DNA of 64,000 nt from contig CM052817.1 in NCBI GenBank assembly GCA_028534125.1, positions 86,554,001 to 86,618,000 on the forward strand, written 5' to 3'. Below, one piece after another: positions 22,830 to 36,700 of the stretch. The translations under genes and the position numbers were made by a program. Positions within the stretch are counted from its first letter, which is position 1. The number at the start of each line of letters is the position of its first letter. This DNA comes from Lama glama. Lineage: Eukaryota. Under the pieces are notes generated by a model. That model ran no database searches. It was not told the origin of the DNA and saw only the letters and a program-made list of their open reading frames with translations.

Positions 22830-24429
22830 TTTTTTTTTTTTTTTTGCAGTGATTTTGGAAAAAGATGAAGGAGAAGGAAGAAAAAATAAAAGGTAATTTC
22901 CAATAAATGAATCGGGACAAGGTAAGTATATCTTATGATGTTTCTCCATCTGTAACACAATTCATATTTTCGTACCCAGATCATCTAATTCTTTTAGAAG
23001 GATTCCAGTTGTACAGATAAAATACCCCAAATCATGCTATTATATTCCATTATAATGCTTCAGTAATTTTAGTATTATCTTTTGTTTCCTGATTTCAGTT
23101 AACTGAAGTAGTTTTGACTATGAGTAGCTTACATTTGAAATAAATGTGTCTGGACCACTCAAAGCATTGGCTCTAAAATAAAATACTTACCTCTAAGTAG
23201 ATTATGTCACAGAATAACTATCTTCACCTGTCAACAAACTCCTGCCCTCATCCATCAGTTTATTTATGCAATAGATGTTTGCCACAACCCGAAGCATTCT
23301 ACATTCACAAAAGGCAAGCAGAGCAGAAATCTCAAAGAATTTCATGTCAATCTGTTGTAATCACCAAAATGAATGCTTGACAACTACATGTCTTTTCAAA
23401 TGCACTCTTACCCTTATGACTTTGCTAATATCTTGCAGATCAAAAGGAGCTTTGATTTATCAGAGGTCTGTGACTAATTCACTATGTATGGAAGGGCAAG
23501 AAAACATCCAACTTTCCTTTAATACATCACTTCTTCAGATTACTGTACACTGAGTTCATTCTCATCCCTCATCCTTGAAAAGATCTAAATAACAAAATAT
23601 GATTATGTTGATAATATATTTTGGAATTCCATGCTCCAGAAGCTTCACATATTATAGTGCAAATAAACAGATGTTTTGATATTTAGGAAGGAAAAAATGT
23701 AAGTGAAAACTGGGGACTAGGCAAGACAATGGAAGGAGCATTAAAAGAAAACCAGAAATATTTCAGAGCTGTTTCCTGGGCTCCTTTAAAAGATTTGATT
23801 TTAAAACATATCATTTTAAAGAGAGAAGCAAATAAAGGGGTGATAACTTCACCCACTCTTAAAATATGTAATTGTAACCTCTAAAAGAATTTAGCAACAT
23901 GTGCATGATTCAGTCTTTTCTATCTTACCACTTAGGTTCCCTCAAAAAAAATTAAAACAGAAAAACTTTTTATCAATACAAAAACTATATAATAATACCA
24001 GTCCTGTATCTGTAATCATATAACGTTGCAGTCAATTTTCAAATTATAAACAACGTCAAAGTACTTAGCCACCTCCAATTAAACAAATCTTGGACTAATT
24101 GTTCAACATGGTATTCTCTGAACTAGGGTACCATTGGCTGCCTCATTTCCCACACAGAATGGAACATCTGATTATATAACATTCCACTGATACATAGATG
24201 CATTCATTTATAACAGCAGCTCATGAAACTCTTAGAAAAAAGTCCTCTGAATCCTATATCCATCTGAGAAAAAATGTTTTAATGCATATTAGGGGGAGTG
24301 TAACTTCCAATTTTACCTTGAATTAAGAAGAAGAAGCAGATAAAGTAGAAAAATGTCTAAATTACTAAATTCAACAAATTACCGTTGAATGTTTGCTGGA
24401 ATTTGAGAATTTGATTTGGCTGAAATCAC

Positions 24430-24810
24430 AGTTTATTCCTCAGCCTTTTGACCATGATGGAATGTGAATCTAGTTGTAGGTCTAAAAGCAAAGATAGTGG
24501 TGGAGGTAAATCCTGAGAAGCATTAGCAATGCCCTTCAAGGCAACTATCCCAGGGGAGGCATTTACAAGTTCTCCAGGCAAAGGAAGACTAATCTCCTGA
24601 GACATGGGTGAGAGGGCAGAGAACACTCATCAGAACCTAGGGGATCTAGGCCTCCAGCTTCATCAAGACTGCTTATATATCACTACTCCAGTTTTCAGGA
24701 TCCTCTTTCTTCCCAGTCATGCTTTCAGAAGTTTGTGCTGTAATTCAGCTACTCAAAGGAGACTCTTGAGTTTGGTTTTCAGAAGTATTGGCCTGTAACT
24801 ACAGGAGATA
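24430..24810 (-). mobile_element. ERVL/MaLR internal gag-like fragment
   Basis: LKGIANASQDLPPPLS followed by RP.TR resembles ERVL gag DSPQEPPPTPLFASRPITRL; lies next to an MLT2 LTR on the same strand. Confidence 0.7.
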
Positions 24811-25109
24811 AAAGTTATTTGTTAGGGCTGATAAAGAAAGCTTCAGATAACTTATGTGGAGTTTGAAATGAAATCTGGAGCCCTGACCTCATTATTTTCT
24901 TTCTTCACTTTCTCAGTACAGTCACTCTAATTATACTCCCTATTTTGACTAAAACATTTTAGAGTAGCAAATACATGATGACCCAGAATCTTTCTGTCTG
25001 TGGGTATTTGACGAGAATTACCCAATTACAGTATTTTGTGCATTTTTGTTGTCACAACATGTGATGGATTATGTTTCCTTTTTACCACTGGAAATAGGCA
25101 GTGTGTTAA

Positions 25110-25295
25110 AGACACACATATCTAGATTAACTAAAATAATCTTCCTTACTTCAAGTTGAAGATCTTAAAATCGTCTGATTAAGGACGTTTAATCACATCT
25201 ACAAAGTACCTTCGCAGCAACACATAGATTAGAATTTGATTAAATAACTGGAGACTGTAGTCTAGCCAAGTTTATACATTAAATAGATTATCATA
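25110..25295 (-). mobile_element. MLT2 (ERVL) LTR 5' part
   Basis: ttaatcacatctacaaagtaccttcgcagcaaca...actgtagtctagccaagtt. Confidence 0.8.
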
Positions 25296-25539
25296 GTATC
25301 TACGAAGAAAAAGATTGATGGCACATTTATAGAAACTTCAGGAAAATCAAAATGTTTAAATAAGTGTGCTTGTGTGTTCTACACAATTAGAGGCTTTTTT
25401 GAGCACTTGAGAACTTTAAGTATTTGTATTCAAATTTTATACTTATTTTCTATATTTTGAATTTTTAAACAAGTAGCACAATAGAAAATAATGCCAAGTT
25501 TTGTTTATATTGTATTTTACTGTGATTTTAAAAAAGAAA

Positions 25540-26707
25540 GTAGTCTACCCAGGCAGTGGATGTAAAAGCAAAAATAAACCAGTGAAACCTAATTAAACTT
25601 TTAAGTTTTTGCACAGCAAAGGAACCCATAAGAAAAACAAAACAACAACCTACGGAATGGTAGAAAATATTTGCAAATGATGTGATTGACAAATATTTAA
25701 TTACCACAGTATATAAACAACTCATACGACTTAATAGCAAAAAAACAACCCAATCCAAAAATGGGTGGAAGACCTAAACAAGCAATTCTCCAATGAAGAC
25801 ATACAAATGGCCAATAGGCCCATGAAAAAATATTCAGTAGTGCTAATTATCAGAGAAATGCAAATCAAAACCACAGTGAAGTATCACCTCACACCAGTCG
25901 AAATGGCCATCATTCAAAAGTCCATAAATGGTAAATGCTGGAGAGAGTGTGGAGAAAAGGGAACCCTCCTACACTGTTCTTGGGAATGTAGTTTGGTGCA
26001 GCCATTATGGAAAACAGTATAGAGATTCCTCAAAAAAGTAAAAGTAGACTTACCATATGATCCAGCAGTCCCACTCCTGAACATATATCTAGAGGAAACT
26101 TTAATTTCAAAAGATAACATCACCACAGTGTTCATAGCAGCACTATTGACAGTAGTCAAGACATAGAAACAACCTGAATGTCCACCAACAGATGACTGGA
26201 TAAAGAAGTTGTGGTATATTTATACAATGGAATACTACTCAGCCATAAAAAAGAATAAAATAATGCCATTTGCAGGAACATGAGTTTGAGTAAAGAAAAA
26301 TCTGGAGATCGTCATTATAAGTGAAATAAGCCAGAGAGAAAAGAAAATACCATATGATATCACTTACATGTGTAATCTAAAAAAAAAAGGCATAAATGAA
26401 CTTATCTACAAAACAGAAACAGATTCAGACATAGAAAACAAACTTATGGTTACCATCAGGGAACAGGGGTATGAAGAGATAAATTGGGAGTTCGAGATTT
26501 GCAAATACTAACAATTACATATAAAATAGATTTAAAAAACAAATTTCTTCTGTATAGCACAGGGAACTATATTCATATCTTGTAGTAACCCATAATAAAA
26601 AAGAATATGAAAAGGAATATATGTATGTGTATGTATAACTCAAACATTATGCTGCACATCAGAAATTGACACATTGTAACTGACTGTACTCCAATTTAAA
26701 AAAAAAT
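25540..26707 (+). mobile_element. Relatively young 5'-truncated LINE-1, camelid-type 3' UTR
   Basis: ORF2 C-terminus ([43 protein letters not shown]), 3' UTR ...gaaattgacacattgtaactgact, A tail. Confidence 0.95.
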
Positions 26708-29659
26708 ATTAGGAAAAATAAGTAAACTACAGTGAGGTTTAAAGGTGTAAATATCTTAACTTCAGTATGATTTGGGGTAAATCTCTTACTTCTTTACCTC
26801 AAACTTCCTTGTTTGTATTTTTCTTTATTATCTAGATCCATGGACTAAATCCTCTCACTACCTCGTTGCCTCCTTTGTTTACCAATAGGCTCATGGTTTC
26901 ATGTCATTATCATACTCATTCTTGGGTTTGCATTCTTTTCTGTTGCTGCTCTCTTTTGGTATAACTCTACTTCTCTCAAATATTATTACTATTCTACATA
27001 CCCTTTACCCACATCAATTTCATAGTGTTCTTCTGTGTTCTCTAATGCTTTTAAAAAAGACTAACCTTTCTCATCAGAGTAAATCTTGCTTTGCAAGTTA
27101 ATACTATCTTACATTCTAAGTACTCCCTATAAACAATTTTCATCCATTGAAAAAGTTGTGTTTTCCTTTTCCTGATCTAATAATAGAGTATTTCAAAATA
27201 TCACTCAATCTTGTAGACATAGCACAATGCCCAAAACTAAAGCAGTGTCAGGTTCTAGTGAAGGTAAAATAAGCAAAACTGTATTACTTTCAAATAACCA
27301 GTTTGTCTGCCTTCTAACTCCTGAAGATGGGTAACTGAAATTTTTCTCCCCCAGGAATTTTGCCTATTTTTGTTATAGCCTATAGAAACCACTTCTGTGG
27401 GGCTGAAAATTCATCTATTGCTAAATTTGGCTTATAGAGCAATTTCCAAATAGACTGGTTTATCTACCTACTAGGCTGAGAAATTATAAACTGTTAACAT
27501 TCTGTGATCTTACAGTGTGCCAATTTATAAAATAAAATTTCTTTTCTGTTAATCAAAATTTACTCAAAAATTTTGTCACTCTTAATTTTTCTTTTGTGAG
27601 TAGAAGCAATAGAAGTTTTATATTATAATTTATTCTCAAATAAGTCAATGATTAAAATATTCTTGGAGTGATTACTCCTATTGTGTACACCAGAGTGTTC
27701 CTTCTTTGAAAATGTTGTATGGATGAGAATGAATATTCCAACAGAATTTTAGTTACATGTTATCATAAGTGAGAGTAATTTCTGCTCTTTTATTTTATTC
27801 CTACACAAACCAATCTATTTTACAGCGAAGATCTAAGGAAAATATTTAAAATAATCCTAATTATCCTTATGTTTCTGATTTTTTTTCCTGCCAGCATTTT
27901 CTACCTTTCTCTGCTTTGATGAGGCTCTTTGGGTAATAAGCAAAATTAATTTGCAAATATTGAACAACTGTTTGGAATATTTTTAAGTTTTTCAAGTTTT
28001 AGTTAACACTTTAACATGCTTTTGGATTGCCTTGTCTTGTTCTTTATATGTATAATCCATATCTGTATTAAGAGGAAACTTGACCAAATTTAGTACAAAT
28101 AGTATTACCATCAAGTTACATGAAGACAAATGCTAAAGCTTACAACTGTTGTTTTTTTTTCCTTTCATCTGAGCTACTGGCGGTAATCCAGAGAGCGCTA
28201 ACGATCATAATATCAGTGATTTAATTAAGTTTAATATATCAATTCTGTCAATGTTAGTTCTTGAATTTTGATTCATAGTCATTAAAGAGAAATATACCAT
28301 ATTATACTAGCATTTAACCTAGCTTTCACTGATGTTTTAAATTAAAAAAAAATAAATTAAACAGAATGCGGCCCTCCTGAAACAAATACCTGAATTCCAA
28401 TGACGAATAAATAAAATCTATTTAAGTCTCTAAATCATTTCAGTGATGTGTCCAGTTGAATAGCAATTCATTAGCATTTGCTATCACAGAAAATTAAAAT
28501 AAGAAAATCTCTTTTGTCTAGTATTTATTCTATAATTTTCTATTCAGTTCTATAAGTTTAACATTATCAACTACATTTGCAGATAGCATCTCACTGCATT
28601 CTAAATCTTTATATGTGTGTATGTATGTAATATATACACACATACATAAATGTATATAACATATTTACAATATAAACATGTATGTGTATATATACGCACA
28701 CATTCTCTCCCCATTCAAGCTTTCCCCCCAGCCTTTGGCAATCAGCTACATTAATAGAGGTGTGAGTAAATGCCCAATTAAGTAAGTATTATTATTTTAA
28801 GTCTTCTGATAGAGCTTTTTAATTAATTTGACGATGATCATATGGGGCATAAAGGAGCGTCTATTGTGTTCACGACTGTTCATTTCTTAAAATTGAGTAA
28901 TGGTTACTGGAGTGTGTTCAACAAAGAACAGTGAATTGAACTGTAACTTGATCTTTGGATATGTTTGGTAAGTTCTAGTTTAGTAAATAAATGCATTCTC
29001 ATATATAAATTGTATATTTTAACAAATTATTTAGTAACTACCCCTTAAATGCTTCCCTTCCCACCAAAAATGGAAGCTTTCCTTTACAAAGTCACAGCCA
29101 GCTCCTTTCTAATCTCCAGTTACCATTTTCTTCCTTCAGCCTTCGGCAAGGTGGTTAATCCTCTTCCATTTCATACCCTTTGTCATATTTGAAAATAGCT
29201 CACATGGGCCTCTGAGACTCTTCTTAAAATGAAAATTTGTGGTGTCTTTCATTGATCATTGCATATGAAATATTTAATTTCCTCACAGTTTTTTGGCTCT
29301 GTTCTGAACACATGTTGTCCTTTTTCCCATAGATTTATTGTAAATGATGTTGTCAAATTTTGAAGCCAAATTTGAAGCTAAATTCAAATTTTGAAATCTG
29401 CAATTTTAGCATATATTTAAGATGACCAAAAACCAAACTTAATCAATTCTAGATTACAGGCTATCAGTGATACAGTATATTAGACTTTTTGTTCACATTT
29501 TTAATACTCTAGAAATTTACCTATTAACAGCGAAAACAATTTGTGTTTTGTGTGTGTGAAACATTCTCTTTCTAAGCTGCATCTACAAAATGCTATACAA
29601 GTAAAGTTTAGTATTTTAAATCTGGGTAAAATGAGTATGTTTTGCATACTAATATTAGG

Positions 29660-30130
29660 AATTGTGCTCAGCTACGGACAGACACGCAGGATGAACAGTG
29701 TCTTAAACAAATAATGGATGTGCTTTTTCTTTCACAGATGGATAAATCCAAAGATCTGATGTGACAGCTCCTCAGTGCTACACAAGGTTTGGGTTACTTT
29801 TTGCTGCTACAGTTTCTTAAACATCTTTTTGAGGCTCCATCCTCAAGTTTGCCTTATTGTAACAAGATAACTGCTGAAGCTACAGTGATCATACCCCTGT
29901 TCTAAGTAGGACTAAGAAATTGGCAAGTATATGAAGGCTGAATCCAGCTGAGTCAGCACCTCTTTTAATGTCATTCTCTGTGAAGTATTCCCCCAAAATC
30001 TAATTGTCCAGATGTTTATACTATTGCTGGCCCTCTGGCAAGATGAAATATAAAATGCTCTCATTTTCACTCCAAAAGTATATTTTTATAAAGGAACAAA
30101 GGGAATGTAGACATTGGTTGGGAAACTAGT
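29660..30130 (-). mobile_element. Old MaLR (MLT1-like) LTR
   Basis: acagtgtcttaaacaaata...ttttctttcaca...caagataactgctg. Confidence 0.5.
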
Positions 30131-30412
30131 CATCTCTTACGCTGGATTCAGAGTTTGTCATCCAAAGTGTTTGCTATTCCTTCCCCTCACAAGTTTGAGA
30201 ACCACTTTCTGGTTTTAGTATCAGTCCTTTGTAAAAATGTTGAACAACAGTAGGCTAATGAAAACTCCTTACTAAGTAACACTAGAAGAATATATTCTTG
30301 TGTGCTTCAATTCAGTAATCAGTGCACTTTATATATAGCATTCAATCAAATACTGATTGTATAATTTATACAGCATCCCACGAATATTTGTTTTTCTTTT
30401 CCCTATGTCCAG

Positions 30413-30643
30413 GATCTGGAGTGGGTATAGTGAGTGCATGGTTTAATGATGCCAGAAGGCTGTAAACACCAAATAAAACATTGGATATGACATTGGAAGA
30501 GAATACTTTGCACTGGAATTGCCAGTGAAATGGACACAGATAGGAGCAGATGCAGACAACCATGAGATCCTGTACTAAGAATGCCTTTATAAATGAACAC
30601 CTGCTCTTTTTGAACAGCATTTTCAAACTAAATGCTTTACCAG
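30413..30643 (+). other. Candidate non-coding exon
   Basis: Strong acceptor ttgtttttcttttccctatgtccag and consensus donor CAG|gtgagt; stops in all three frames. Confidence 0.3.
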
Positions 30644-32555
30644 GTGAGTGTGTAATGAGGGATTTACCACCCTAGAACAAATTAAAGGTCATCGTTAATT
30701 AATTAGTTATTTTAAAAACCCACCCTAATTTGACTTGATTTTGCATAACATTATTTTCTTAAAATCGTCTTCATGTGGGATTATTTCCCCAAACTCTGTT
30801 TAGCTAAGTTTATTTACCTGTTTCACCAATGCATTCCATTATTAGTAAGGACACTTCCAATTAGGGTGATTTGCAGTCTCTGACTCGACAGCCTTTGATA
30901 AATGAGTACATGAGATGTACCCCACAGCTAATGAAATTCCACACCTGAGTTTGGATGACATCAAATGTGCCACAAATTGTTTCCTTTCCTAAGCATAATT
31001 ACTAAAAGAGAAAAAAAAATCTCATTTATGATTATTGTGCTAAATAATGCATATCTTCATTGATATTTAATAGATAATTTACTTAAAACAACACTGTGGG
31101 AACCTATGTTTTTGATGCAACAGATGCCGCATTTATGCAAAACAAAAATAAAACCAGAATTCTATACTTGGAATACCCATCTAATTTTAAAGATAAGGAT
31201 TTCTAGTAGCAGATTTCATTTCACAAAGTCTTATGAAATAGAAGAAAAATGATTGCCTTGACACTGTAAATTAACAGATTGCACATATGGATTAATACAT
31301 CTAAATCTCCTTTTGTATAAAGGCAGATTTCCACACCTGGCTAAATGATAATTATTAGACATGTCATTCTAATGCGTAAATTGAAAAGCCAGTGTACATT
31401 CACATGTGAAACTAAACATGGATTTATAGGCTTGTATTTAGTTGAATTTAAATAACAGTAAATACAACCTTTTCTGGGGAGATATTTGTCATTTGGCAAT
31501 GTGCCAGTTTTGCAGCTGATCCTGATAAGAACCTGTATGGTGTGACACGGGGGATTTCTCTCATCCCAGTCCAGAAGAACTAGAGAAGGAATGTCTTTTG
31601 ACCACAAAATTACATTGAGTTTGTAAATCAACTTCTCAATTTTTATAGCAGTTTTGAGTGAGAGTTGTGGAGAACTCTGTCTGAAGCATGTTCCTTCTTT
31701 CTATTATACTACACACCTCAAAGAATTTGTTTCTAATGATAAGAGAAAGTATAGGATTTTTGTTTCCATTGCATTATCACCATTGAAGGTGTTTAACCTT
31801 TTATTTTTCAGCAGTCTATTGTATTTCCTTAAATCATCAGAGCCATATGATGAAAATATACAGCTCAATAGGAAAATTAGGCAGTTAGCTAAAAAGCTTT
31901 ACACTCCTCCAAAAGAAAGTCATCTTTCCCTAAATTGCAATCACAAGAGTATTATTATAGCTAAGAAGTTTTTGTTTTGTGCAAACATATATATTATTGA
32001 ACTTAAAGCTCAACATATAAAATGCCCTTGCTCCTTTAAATGACTTTAAGGAACAAATGTCTGATGCTTTGTATCAGCGTAGAGCTCACATGAGATGCAT
32101 AGATGGCATGATGTTTTGTCAAAGAAAATCAGATTGTGTGGAAATTCAAAAGGCACACATAGTGGTTCTGTCTTTCTCGTGTAAACAAAATGTTCATAAA
32201 TATCTGTAACTAGATGCAGAAATTTATCTCAGCTTCTAGTTCATAGTTATGTAATATCAATGCAAGTTAACTTCATTTATTTTATCTGCTATAGTTACAC
32301 CCAAAGATATTTCTGTAGATCATGTGGAATCGGGTAGAAGATTAAATGACTTCAACTCATGTAATGTAGAATCACTCAGACCCCAGGTTCCAATTTACCA
32401 AAAGAGAAGGTGCTTACAACAGTCTTTCTAAGGTATTTGAATAAATGTTGCCTTAATAAATTAGAAAATGATAAGGCAGGCTCGGTTTCTATCAAGTAGA
32501 AAAATAAATTGCCAGTAATTGGGGTTTTTAAAAATCATATTTATCTTTCTGGCAG

Positions 32556-32625
32556 TAAACTTTAACTCAGCGTATCCAGACTTATTATGGGAAGTGGAAA
32601 AACAGAAACTGAAAATTGAAGCTCG
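32556..32625 (+). other. Candidate 70-nt exon
   Basis: Acceptor tttatctttctggcag, donor TCG|gtgagt; one open frame NFNSAYPDLLWEVEKQKLKIEA. Confidence 0.25.
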
Positions 32626-32810
32626 GTGAGTAGAGCGGCCACACGGCACACACTGGGAAGAACCCTCACAGAAGGGGCTTCACAAAACGCCGTGCGCACA
32701 GGCACTGGCCATGAAGTAAAGAGCTTCTCCGGAAAAGGTGGCTTGGCCACAGCAGGAAGTACTAAGTTGAGTAACTTAGTCATTGTCCTGACTTATTTCA
32801 ATCACATTAA

Positions 32811-33150
32811 TTTTTATTTTATTTTATTTTTTTAATTTATTGAAGTATATTCAGTTTACAATGTTGTGTCAATTTCTGATGTACAGCATAATGGTGCAGT
32901 CATACATATACATGCATATATTCCATTTCATATTCTTTTTCATTATAGGTTACTACAAGATACTGAATATAGTTCCCTGTGTTATACAGAAGAAACATAC
33001 CTATTTTATATATAGTAGTTAGTATCTGCAGTTCTCGAATTCTCAGTTTATCCCTTCCCAACCCCTTTCCCTGCTGGTAACCACAAGTTCATTTTCTATG
33101 TCTGTGAGTCTGTTTCTGTTTTGTAAATAAGTTAATTTGTGCATTTCTTT
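32811..33150 (-). mobile_element. Short LINE-1 3' UTR insertion, camelid type
   Basis: T-rich tail then gaagtatattcagtttacaatgttgtgtcaatttctg; same family as 25540-26707. Confidence 0.9.
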
Positions 33151-33601
33151 CACGTTTAAATCAAATGTAATTTCCCCCTTTCCACCATGTCAGTGTATCT
33201 ACCACCAACTCAAGTGAAATGTGACAAATAGAAAAATTGCAAATTTTTCTGAATGTTTCACATGCCAAAATTCTAATGTACGATGTCAGTTTGGTTAAGA
33301 CCTCTCTTACCTCAAACAAATCACCCACTCACTGCCTCATTTAAATTTTCTGAGGACGTGACAACATTTTTAATGGAAAATATACATCATCTTTCACAGC
33401 TTAGGTTAAAATAGAGCAAGTAGGAAAATACAGTCCCATTTGCATATTTTTCTAATCCAAAGAGAAAAAAATATTTTCGAAAAAAGCATTGAAGTCTGTG
33501 CCATTACCACTGGGCAAATGATCAAGGATCAGGGACGACAGTTTTCCTCTTGATGCTGCTGGAGTCAGGAGAAGGGCCCGAGAGGGCTTTTCTAGCCTCA
33601 C

Positions 33602-33757
33602 CCAATCACAGATGGGTGGCATGTTGGCTTTGTAGCTGAAGTAAAAGCTGAACTGGTCGTAGAAGGTATTGTAGCTGTCAGGGCCTGACACATTCTCCTC
33701 TTCTCCATGCAGACATTAAAAGCATTGTTCTGTATCTCTCCACCAGCTCTGAGTTGC
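33602..33757 (-). pseudogene. Candidate orphan (pseudo)exon of an unidentified gene
   Basis: Acceptor tacattttccag, donor TGG|gtgagg, 156 nt phase 0-0: ATQSWWRDTEQCF*CLHGEEENVSGPDSYNTFYDQFSFYFSYKANMPPICDW with many C-ending codons. Confidence 0.4.
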
Positions 33758-36700
33758 CTGGAAAATGTATTCAAATTTAGAAAAAAAATGTTTTATGTAT
33801 AAAATGGAAAAAATTAGTATTCCTTAGTAAGTGCTCGGTACATGATCACCATTATTATTTAAACTACTACTACTAGTAAATATACTAAATAATGAAACAT
33901 TTCAAAGTAAAAATAAAATCTATCATTATTATTATATTTTAAGAGCAAAGAATTTGAACAGCATACTTATATTTTTCAGTGCACAGCATTCAGGGCATAA
34001 TTAGCTTGCCATGAAACCCATGATCCAATAAATTGGACCTGGGTTTTCAATTAAAAAAAAACTAATCTGCATTTTCTAACTTTGTAGAGACACAAACCAG
34101 AAAAAAACACATAGTTTCAGGAGAAGGTCTTATAATCATCTTTAGGTGAATGACAGTGTGTTCCTTTAGAATTTGGAGCAAAACTCTTCTGTTTTCTGCA
34201 GGTGTTTTTCTTTTGAGTAAAAGCTTATGGATTGCTCTAGCTTCCTACTAGACACCAAATTATTTTCCACAAACACAGTGTTAATTAGTGCCTAACCTTG
34301 TCTCTCAGTAATTCATTTAGGGGATGTCAAAGGGGAATGTGACTCAGCTGGAAAGATGGAGAAAGTGATACATCCTCATGGGAGGGAGGGTTAACATGTG
34401 TTTGGATGTATGAGGGATATTTATACCGTATTAGGGGAAAGTATTATTTTCCTGATGTCTATTTCAAAGTTAAACATATTTAGATGTCTGAGAATACCAA
34501 ATATATTTATTTAATATTGTGGATGAGAAATAGGTTTTAAAGATGTGTATAAATGCCAAGTTGACAAGGAATAGATGGTGCTATGTCTTGTTGGTTAAAC
34601 TGAGAACTACATTTCACAGAACACCCTGCCTGTCTTTTCCCAAGTAGTGTTGGCCAAAATAGAAATGTATGCTAGATTTGGAGGTCATAATTAGACAAAA
34701 AAGGTGACAGATAGACACAACAAGCCCAATTATTTCAAGCTTATTCTTGTCTCCTGTATATGTCCAGATTTTCCAGATAACTGACACTGCAGCAACCAGA
34801 AGGGGTCTCAGACCCACTGACTTTGGACTAGAATGGCAGGAGCTAAACAGGGATTTGTGCAAATAACTTGATTTATTTTTGTACACATTAATGTATGGAA
34901 CTTAAATTCCATGTACATTCAATTTGTATTAAATTTAAATATAAATTGAATGCACATGGAAACTTAAATGGTTTTGATTATATAAAGAGAGTATGTGTAT
35001 ACTTAACGTCTGTATGTTTGTGTGTGTATATAGATACATATATCTGGGGGGTTTTGATTAATTCTTAATTAATCTTCCTTCCTGAGATCAAATCTCACCA
35101 GCTGCTTCATCATACAATTATTTTCCATAGCTTAACTATTAGTTAGTCTACTGAATTGTAATTTTAATATTTATAATGTGATCATCTGATGGTCTGTCCC
35201 ACTACACTATAAATTCCATATTGGCAATCAATATGTTTGTGCTTACCAGTGCAGCCCCAGTGCCTGACAGCTTACAGTCAATAAACATTTCGATGGATAA
35301 ATGATTGGAATCCTGAATGAATGATGTACCTTTTGCTGGATTAAAGAGGACACATTTGTTAAATGACAGGCAGTAATGGATCTCTATATTTAGGGTATAG
35401 AAAAAAATTATCATCATATATTCATTATCTACATACTCTAGTCAATTAAGCTCTTACAAAACACCATTTTTATGCTATTAAATGTATGAGTGATCTTACC
35501 TCCTAATTAATTACACAATAGACAATTATTGGTTTAGTTCTTTGTTTATATTTGTCTTTCTGTTTTAAGATATTCCCTATACATTGATACCATAGAAAAA
35601 TGTGTTAGTATAGAAACACCATCATACAAATAAGAGAATATTGTCAAGAATATTCTTGTTAAATTTCAAGACCTCCTAATGGCATTTGAATGCAAAGAAC
35701 TGCATACAAATCTGATAAAATTAACTTTCTTTTGTACTTGAAATGTTATTTGCATCTCTTGTTACTAAAACAAAAATGTATTTGTGTAATTAATCATTAG
35801 AATCTTCCCAAAGGATTTATTTTTTATAGAAAGGAAACTATTGTGGTTTGCAGGTAATGAAATCGTTTCATCAAGGCTCTGTGGTGATTGATTATGTTTG
35901 CTTAGGAGATTTTCCTTATTCTTTGTCTAAACAATTCATTGATTACTTTCATCACTTTTGTAATATCTCATGAATAGCTTTTCATTGTTTACTAGTGACA
36001 AGTGTTTCCTCTGTAGCACGCTATTGTTTTCATATTGTTAAAAATATTTATAAACACATGCACACAAATTAGCCTTTAACATTGTATTTTCAGGCTCTAA
36101 AGAGTAAGGCTATAAAGAAATTTACATCCTAAATAACCATTTGTCAAATAGTTCTTTTGTAGAGATTTGAGAATGTTAAAAGTAACTGTTTATAAAGGCA
36201 GAACAAAGAGAGAAGTATATATTTACTATTTTTAATGCATAGTTTGCATGATTTCCAGATTTCATTATTTTCATCATTTCCCATAATATTCAGAGGTCAG
36301 TTTGAGGGAAAATGAACATACTTTGATATCAAGAAAATCCAGCTATTATGCATATCCAGCTTTTCGTAGTAAAGAGAAGTAAAGTCCAGGTTTTTACATG
36401 AAAATAAAGAATTATAAGAAAGTATTACCAGGAAGAAATGTACAGTTCTTATTTGATACATACATTTATACATGACCATTGCAAATAATTAGTGTATAAA
36501 TTACAGGTAGCTAGGTACATCCTAAATTCTGAAAAGATAGTCTAGTTAATACTGAAAATTTTTAAAATTTATATCATTTTATATAATATTATATATTTAC
36601 TTAGAAAACTTTCATAATACTACAGAAGGAAAGGAAACAATCCTATACTTCACCTAAATTATCTGAAATTTCAAATTAGTTAAAAATTAAGAAAAAAACT

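Noticed and set aside
22290..22984. Three ~200-aa ORFs
   Set aside because: Artefacts of the N run.
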